Shown here piece by piece: positions 59,186-64,000 of a DNA stretch of 64,000 nt (the stretch's first letter is position 1; the number at the start of each line of letters is the position of its first letter). A program made the translations under genes and the position numbers. Source of the DNA: Candidatus Latescibacterota bacterium (GTDB lineage Bacteria > Latescibacterota > UBA2968 > UBA8231); NCBI GenBank assembly GCA_964291625.2, contig OZ220089.1, positions 2,208,001 to 2,272,000 on the forward strand, read 5' to 3'. The notes beneath the pieces were generated by a model. That model was not told where the DNA came from. It searched no databases and saw only the letters and a program-made list of their open reading frames with translations.

Positions 59186-60256
59186 ATGTCCGCCGACGCT
59201 TCCAGCCCCGCGGCGCCCTCCCGACCGGGAGCGGCCGCCGCGGGGCGTTTGTTTTTCCTCTGCCTCCTCCTCTCCGGCGCCCCCGCGGCGGCCGAAGGGG
59301 TGGCGGCCACCGACTTCCGCGGCAAGCGCATCGAGCTGGACAAGCCGGCGGAGCGCATCATCTGTCTGCTGGAGAGCGCCCTCACCGGCCTCTACATGCT
59401 GGGCGCCGAGGACCGCCTCGTGGGCATCTCCACCAACGTCTACCAGGGCAGCGTCTTCCCCTACTACGCGGCCATGGACGAGCGCATCCGCGACCGCACC
59501 CTGGCGACGCCGGGCAACTGGGACTTCGTCAACATCGAGAGCATGGTCGCCCTGGAGCCCGACCTCGTCATCGTCTGGTCGGGGCAGGAGGAGTCGATCG
59601 AGGCCCTCGAGGAGAAGGGGATCCCCGTCTTCGGGGTCTTCATCGAGCGCTTCGAGGACATCCACCGGGAGATCACCGCCCTCGGGGAGCTCACCGGCAC
59701 CGGCGAGCGCGCCGCCGAGCTGCTGGCCATCGCCGACGAGGAACTGGAGACGGTGCGGCGCAAGATCTCCCCGGCCGAGGGGGAAGAGGCGCCCGTCCTG
59801 CCGCGCGTCTACTTCATGTGGGCCCAGGGGCCGCTGCAGACGGCCGGCCGCAACAGCACCGTTCAGGAGCTGATCGACCTGGCGGGGGGGACCAACGTGG
59901 CCGCCGGCAGCCCGCTGGAGGCCCTGCTGGTGAACCTCGAGAACGTCCTCGTCTGGAACCCCGAGCTGATCGTCATGTGGTGCAACGACCGCCTCGGGCC
60001 GGCCGACGTGGGGCAGATGGCCGGCTGGCGCTCCGTCTCCGCCGTGCGCCAAGGGCGGGTCCACGAACTGCCCGATGCCTTCTCCTGCGATTTCTGGACC
60101 CTCAAGTACATCTTCACCGTCGAGATGGTGGCCCGCTGGTGCCACCCCGACCGCTTCCCCGAGGACGACGCCGAGAGCCTGCGCGCCGGTCTGCTGAACA
60201 AGCTCTACGGCGGGCGCCTCGGAGAGCTGCCGCCCCTGCCGGGCTCGGAGGGCTGA
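59186..60256 (+). CDS. Iron-siderophore/cobalamin-type ABC substrate-binding protein
   Basis: TDFRGKRI, PAERII, NIESMVALEPDLVI, LAGGTNV, WNPELI, SAVRQGRV. Confidence 0.85.
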   Translation: MSADASSPAAPSRPGAAAAGRLFFLCLLLSGAPAAAEGVAATDFRGKRIELDKPAERIICLLESALTGLYMLGAEDRLVGISTNVYQGSVFPYYAAMDERIRDRTLATPGNWDFVNIESMVALEPDLVIVWSGQEESIEALEEKGIPVFGVFIERFEDIHREITALGELTGTGERAAELLAIADEELETVRRKISPAEGEEAPVLPRVYFMWAQGPLQTAGRNSTVQELIDLAGGTNVAAGSPLEALLVNLENVLVWNPELIVMWCNDRLGPADVGQMAGWRSVSAVRQGRVHELPDAFSCDFWTLKYIFTVEMVARWCHPDRFPEDDAESLRAGLLNKLYGGRLGELPPLPGSEG

Positions 60257-60260
60257 TCGA

Positions 60261-61784
60261 ATGACAGACGCCAGAAGCCTGATCCAGGCCGTCGCCGGCC
60301 ACGCCGCCTCGGTCCTGGAGCTCTGCGCCGACCGCTACAGCGGACATGGCACCCCGATGCTGGCCGACCACGTCGACCTGTCGACGGGGGAGCCCGAGCG
60401 CTGGGAGGGCCGCGTCCTCTCGAACCTGGCCCGCCAGCAGCACTTCCTGCGGGTCCTCGTGGGGCTCGACGCGCTGGGCGAGAGCCGCTTCGGCGACGCC
60501 GCGAAAAGCTGGATCGGTCACGCCCTGCCGGCGGTCACCGACGAGGGCGGCCTGCTCCACTGGGGCGGGCACTCGACCTACGCCCTGGACGAGGACGGGC
60601 CCCTGCCGGGGAACCACGAGCTGAAGTGCGTCTACCCCTTCTACGACTACCTTCACCGGGTCGACCCGGAGGCCACGCGGCGCTTGGTCGAGGCCTTCTG
60701 GCAGCGCCACGTCTGGGACTGGTCGACCCTGCTCTTCAACCGCCACGGCGAATACGGGCCGTGGGACCGGTCGCGGGTCTGGGAGGAGGCGGAGTTCCTC
60801 GCCGGGCCGGTGCCGATCGTCGACCAGACGGCCCTCTCCTTCATCAACACCGGCAGCGACCTGGTCTACGCCGCGGCGGAGCTCTTCCGCCTCCAGGGCG
60901 AGGAGCGGGCCCTGGGCTGGGCGGCGAACCTGGTCTCCCGCTACGACCAGATCCGGCACCCCCGGACCGGCCTGGGCGCCTACCAGTTCAACCACCGCGA
61001 GCCCTGCCGGGTGCGCGAGTCCTTCAAACCGCCCCTCGGCGACCGTCCCGACGTCAACGAGGCGACGGTCCTCACCTCGGGGACGATCGTCACCCGGGGC
61101 CAGCGGGCGGCCCTGACCTTCCTGAACCTCTACGAACAGCTCGGCGGGGAGCACGGGCGGGTCTTCCTCGACGTGGCCCTCGGCGACCTGCGGGCCCTCA
61201 GGGAGTACAGCTGGGACGCCGCCGCGGGCTGCTTCCACCCCGTCCTCTACGACGGACAGCGGCTCAGCGAGCAGGACGCCGAGCAGCGGGGCTACTGCCC
61301 GCCGGCCAAGCTGGTCCAGGTGCCGGCCGACGGCGGCGCCCTGCTGACCTGGGCCCGGGCCTGCAGGGTCACCGGCGACGAGGATCTGCTGGAGATGGCC
61401 GCGGCCCTGGCCGGCGCCATGGGCTGGACCGGCGAGGGGGGCCCGGTGCCCCTGCCCGCGCCCGGGGAGCGGACCCCCGATCCCGTCTCCGCCGTCTTCG
61501 CCCTCCTCGACCTGCACGAGGCCACGGGGGAGACTGCGTATCTCGAGACGGCTGCGTCCCTGGGCCAGGCCCTGGCCGCGGAGCGGACGCGGGACGGCCT
61601 GCTGGCCGAGGAGCCGGCCGCCGCCGGCGCCGCCAGCCAGGACAACGTCCTGGCCCTGGCGCTGCTCCACTGCGCCGCGGCCCGGGAGGAGCGCCGGCAC
61701 CTGGTGCCGCCCTACTATCCCGGCGGCAACCCCTGGGACCCGAAGATCGTGGTGCGCACGGTGGGCCCCCGGGACCGCGGCTGA
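60261..61784 (+). CDS. Polysaccharide lyase family 2 (PelW-like) protein
   Basis: SNLARQQ, LLHWGGH, HELK..YPFY, W..HV.DW, NRHG.Y, SFINTGSDL. Confidence 0.7.
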   Translation: MTDARSLIQAVAGHAASVLELCADRYSGHGTPMLADHVDLSTGEPERWEGRVLSNLARQQHFLRVLVGLDALGESRFGDAAKSWIGHALPAVTDEGGLLHWGGHSTYALDEDGPLPGNHELKCVYPFYDYLHRVDPEATRRLVEAFWQRHVWDWSTLLFNRHGEYGPWDRSRVWEEAEFLAGPVPIVDQTALSFINTGSDLVYAAAELFRLQGEERALGWAANLVSRYDQIRHPRTGLGAYQFNHREPCRVRESFKPPLGDRPDVNEATVLTSGTIVTRGQRAALTFLNLYEQLGGEHGRVFLDVALGDLRALREYSWDAAAGCFHPVLYDGQRLSEQDAEQRGYCPPAKLVQVPADGGALLTWARACRVTGDEDLLEMAAALAGAMGWTGEGGPVPLPAPGERTPDPVSAVFALLDLHEATGETAYLETAASLGQALAAERTRDGLLAEEPAAAGAASQDNVLALALLHCAAAREERRHLVPPYYPGGNPWDPKIVVRTVGPRDRG

Positions 61785-63109
61785 TGCCCGACCGCCGCAG
61801 CGTCCTCCTCCTCATCGCCGACGACTGGAGCCCCTTGGCCGGCTGCTACGGCAGCCCCGTCATCCGGACCCCTCACGTCGACGCCCTCGCCCGCCGGGCG
61901 ACCCGCTTCACCCACGCCTTCTGCACCTCGCCGTCGTGCGCCGCCAGCCGCGCCAACATCCTCACCGGCCACTACAGCCACACCCACGGCCAGTACGGCC
62001 ACTCCCACGGGGTGCACAACTTCCACACCGCCGCCTCCATGCCGTCGATCCCGAAGCGCCTCGGCGCCGCGGGGTACGCCACCGGCATCATCGGCAAGCT
62101 GCACACGCAGCCGGCGAGCGTCTACCCCTGGACCGACGACCTGCAGCGGGTCCCCGGCGGGGGCCGCAACGTCGCCGTCATGGCCGAGATGGCGGCGGGC
62201 TTCCTCGCCGACGCCGGAGACCGCCCCTTCTACCTGCACATGGGATTCGCCGACCCGCACCGCGACTTCGGCAACCGCCGGAGCTACGAGGGCGTGGAGG
62301 AGACCCGCTACGACCCGGCGGAGGTGCCGGTCCCCGACTTCCTGCCCGACCACCCGGAGGTGCGGGCCGAGCTGGCCGAGTACTACCAGTCGGTCTCGCG
62401 GATGGACCTCGGCTTCGGCTTGGCCATGCAGGCCCTGGAGGCGTCCGGCCGCGCCGGCGAGACCCTGGTCATCGTCATGAGCGACCACGGCATGCCCTTC
62501 CCCGGCGCCAAGGCCTCCTCCTTCGACTCCGGCCACCACTGCCCGCTGCTGATCGCGCGCCCCGGCGCCGGGGAGGTGGAGTGCGACGCCCTGGTCAACT
62601 GGTCCAGCATCGCCCCCACCGTCTTCGACTGGTGCGGCGTGGAGCCGCCGGACGGCCTGCCGGAACGCTCGCTGATGCCGGTCCTCGACCAGGAGCACCC
62701 GCCGGGGTGGGACGAGACCTTCCTCTCCCACACCTTCCACGAGGTGACCAACTACTACCCCTACCGCGGGCTGCGGGGGCGCCGCTACAAGTACGTGCGC
62801 AACCTCTACCCCGAGCTGACGCGTCCCCTGCCCAGCGACCTGTGGGCCTCCCCCACTTGGAGGGCCGTCGAGCGGGAGGGGATGCAGATGATGGGGCAGC
62901 GCCCGACCCGGGCCTTCCTGCGCCAGCCGACCGAGGCCCTCTTCGACATCGAGGCCGATCCCGTGGAGGCGGCGAACCTCATCGACGAGCCGGCCCTGCA
63001 GCCGGTGGCCGAGGAGATGCGGAGCAAGGTGAAGGAGTTCCGCCTGCGGACGCGGGACCCGTGGGTGCTCGCCTCCCGGCAGATGGGGGAGACGGGGCTG
63101 GAGGGGTAG
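61784..63109 (+). CDS. Formylglycine-type sulfatase (N-sulfoglucosamine sulfohydrolase-like)
   Basis: IADD, SCAASRANILTG, GIIGKLH, DPHR, SDHGMPFPGAK, HEVTNYYP; TGATG coupling. Confidence 0.88.
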   Translation: MPDRRSVLLLIADDWSPLAGCYGSPVIRTPHVDALARRATRFTHAFCTSPSCAASRANILTGHYSHTHGQYGHSHGVHNFHTAASMPSIPKRLGAAGYATGIIGKLHTQPASVYPWTDDLQRVPGGGRNVAVMAEMAAGFLADAGDRPFYLHMGFADPHRDFGNRRSYEGVEETRYDPAEVPVPDFLPDHPEVRAELAEYYQSVSRMDLGFGLAMQALEASGRAGETLVIVMSDHGMPFPGAKASSFDSGHHCPLLIARPGAGEVECDALVNWSSIAPTVFDWCGVEPPDGLPERSLMPVLDQEHPPGWDETFLSHTFHEVTNYYPYRGLRGRRYKYVRNLYPELTRPLPSDLWASPTWRAVEREGMQMMGQRPTRAFLRQPTEALFDIEADPVEAANLIDEPALQPVAEEMRSKVKEFRLRTRDPWVLASRQMGETGLEG

Positions 63110-63134
63110 CGGCCCCCGGGGCGGCGGCCGGCCC

Positions 63135-64000
63135 TCAGGGCTGGTAGGGTGATCCGGTGCGGCGCAGCTGCTTGGTGATGGCCAGCTGCACCGTGCAGTA
63201 GTCGCCGATGTACTCGGTGGCGAACCCCGGCCGCGCGTCGGCGATGGTGCCGACGATCATGTTGGCGTACTCGTAGGTCGTCTCGTAGCGGTCGATGATG
63301 AGGGCCACCATCTCGATCCAGGCCTTCTTGAGCGCCTCCCCCCAGTTCGGTCCGATGCCCCCCGTGAGCCACTCCTCCGCCTCTTCCACGTGGCGGGTCT
63401 TCTCGACCACGGGGCTGGCGTTCGGGAAGCCGGGGGAGCGGTCGACGCGGATGGTGACAGCCGCGTCGATCTCGACGCCGGCGGCGGTCAGCTCGCCCTC
63501 GCCCATGCGCGCATGGGTGTCCCCCATCGACAGGTAGCCCCCCGGCTTCTGGGCGCGGATGTGCACGGTGCTTCCCGGCTGGATGGAGTTGAAGTCCATG
63601 TTGCCGCCGTGGTCGATCGCATGGGGGGCCACCGACGCCAACTGGATGACGCCGACCATGGGCCGGACGGGCACGACGAAGTCCGGCGGGAAGTGGATGA
63701 GGCCGTCCCGCACCGGCGCCACCGCCCGCCAGTAGCCCCAGTGGGGCCCGGCGTTGCGGTAGAAGCCGTAGGGCCCGCACTCCATGTCGAGGATCTCGAT
63801 GGCGACCCAGTCGTCGGGCTCGATCCCCTCGATGACGAAGGGACCGCCGTGGCGGGAGTGACGCGGGGTGTTGGCGGCCACGATCATGCCGGCGCGGGTC
63901 TCGCCGGCGGCCTCGTAGTCGTGGTCGGCGCCGCCCACGGTCTCGACGACGACCGTCTCGCCCAGCTTCAGGGTGCCGCGCGGCTGTCCTCGCTCCGGGT
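63135..64000 (-). CDS. Acetamidase/formamidase family protein (5' end outside window)
   Basis: GETVVVET, GPFVIEG, PMVGVI, HGGNMD, GDTHARMGEGE; frame open to edge. Confidence 0.82.
   Translation of the reverse strand, partial: PERGQPRGTLKLGETVVVETVGGADHDYEAAGETRAGMIVAANTPRHSRHGGPFVIEGIEPDDWVAIEILDMECGPYGFYRNAGPHWGYWRAVAPVRDGLIHFPPDFVVPVRPMVGVIQLASVAPHAIDHGGNMDFNSIQPGSTVHIRAQKPGGYLSMGDTHARMGEGELTAAGVEIDAAVTIRVDRSPGFPNASPVVEKTRHVEEAEEWLTGGIGPNWGEALKKAWIEMVALIIDRYETTYEYANMIVGTIADARPGFATEYIGDYCTVQLAITKQLRRTGSPYQP

Overview
High-GC bacterial chromosomal DNA; gene content (TonB receptor, PorU-like C25 peptidase with a C-terminal sorting-type domain, heparinase/sulfatase/PL2/PhyH genes) suggests a diderm FCB-group organism such as Latescibacterota, which is inference only. 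The first 27 kb is an expanded MacB/FtsX-type (type VII) ABC locus: at least seven ~800-aa paralogous permeases in tandem (two frameshifted), two ATPases (one missing its 5' half), a HlyD-type adaptor, a translationally coupled secreted CBM9-like protein and an NtrC-type sigma-54 two-component pair. Best finding: three near-consensus sigma-54 promoters (15752+, 20574-, 25105+), each preceded 93-105 bp upstream by the same tandem enhancer-like site (TGT-N10-ACA, 4-5 nt, TGTA...CA). They define a local regulon of a permease, the adaptor/ATPase operon and a stand-alone receiver protein. 3210-4300 is a scrambled interleaving of two parts of the preceding permease, most likely an assembly-consensus artefact. 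20.7-22.2 kb is a scar region with an intact AbiEi antitoxin, a toxin missing its catalytic half, a 52-aa membrane peptide, a permease fragment and a duplicated terminator. 27.4-64 kb holds catabolic and envelope genes. No rRNA, tRNA, CRISPR array, integrase or transposase was seen. Product calls rest on recognised motifs only; no database search was run.
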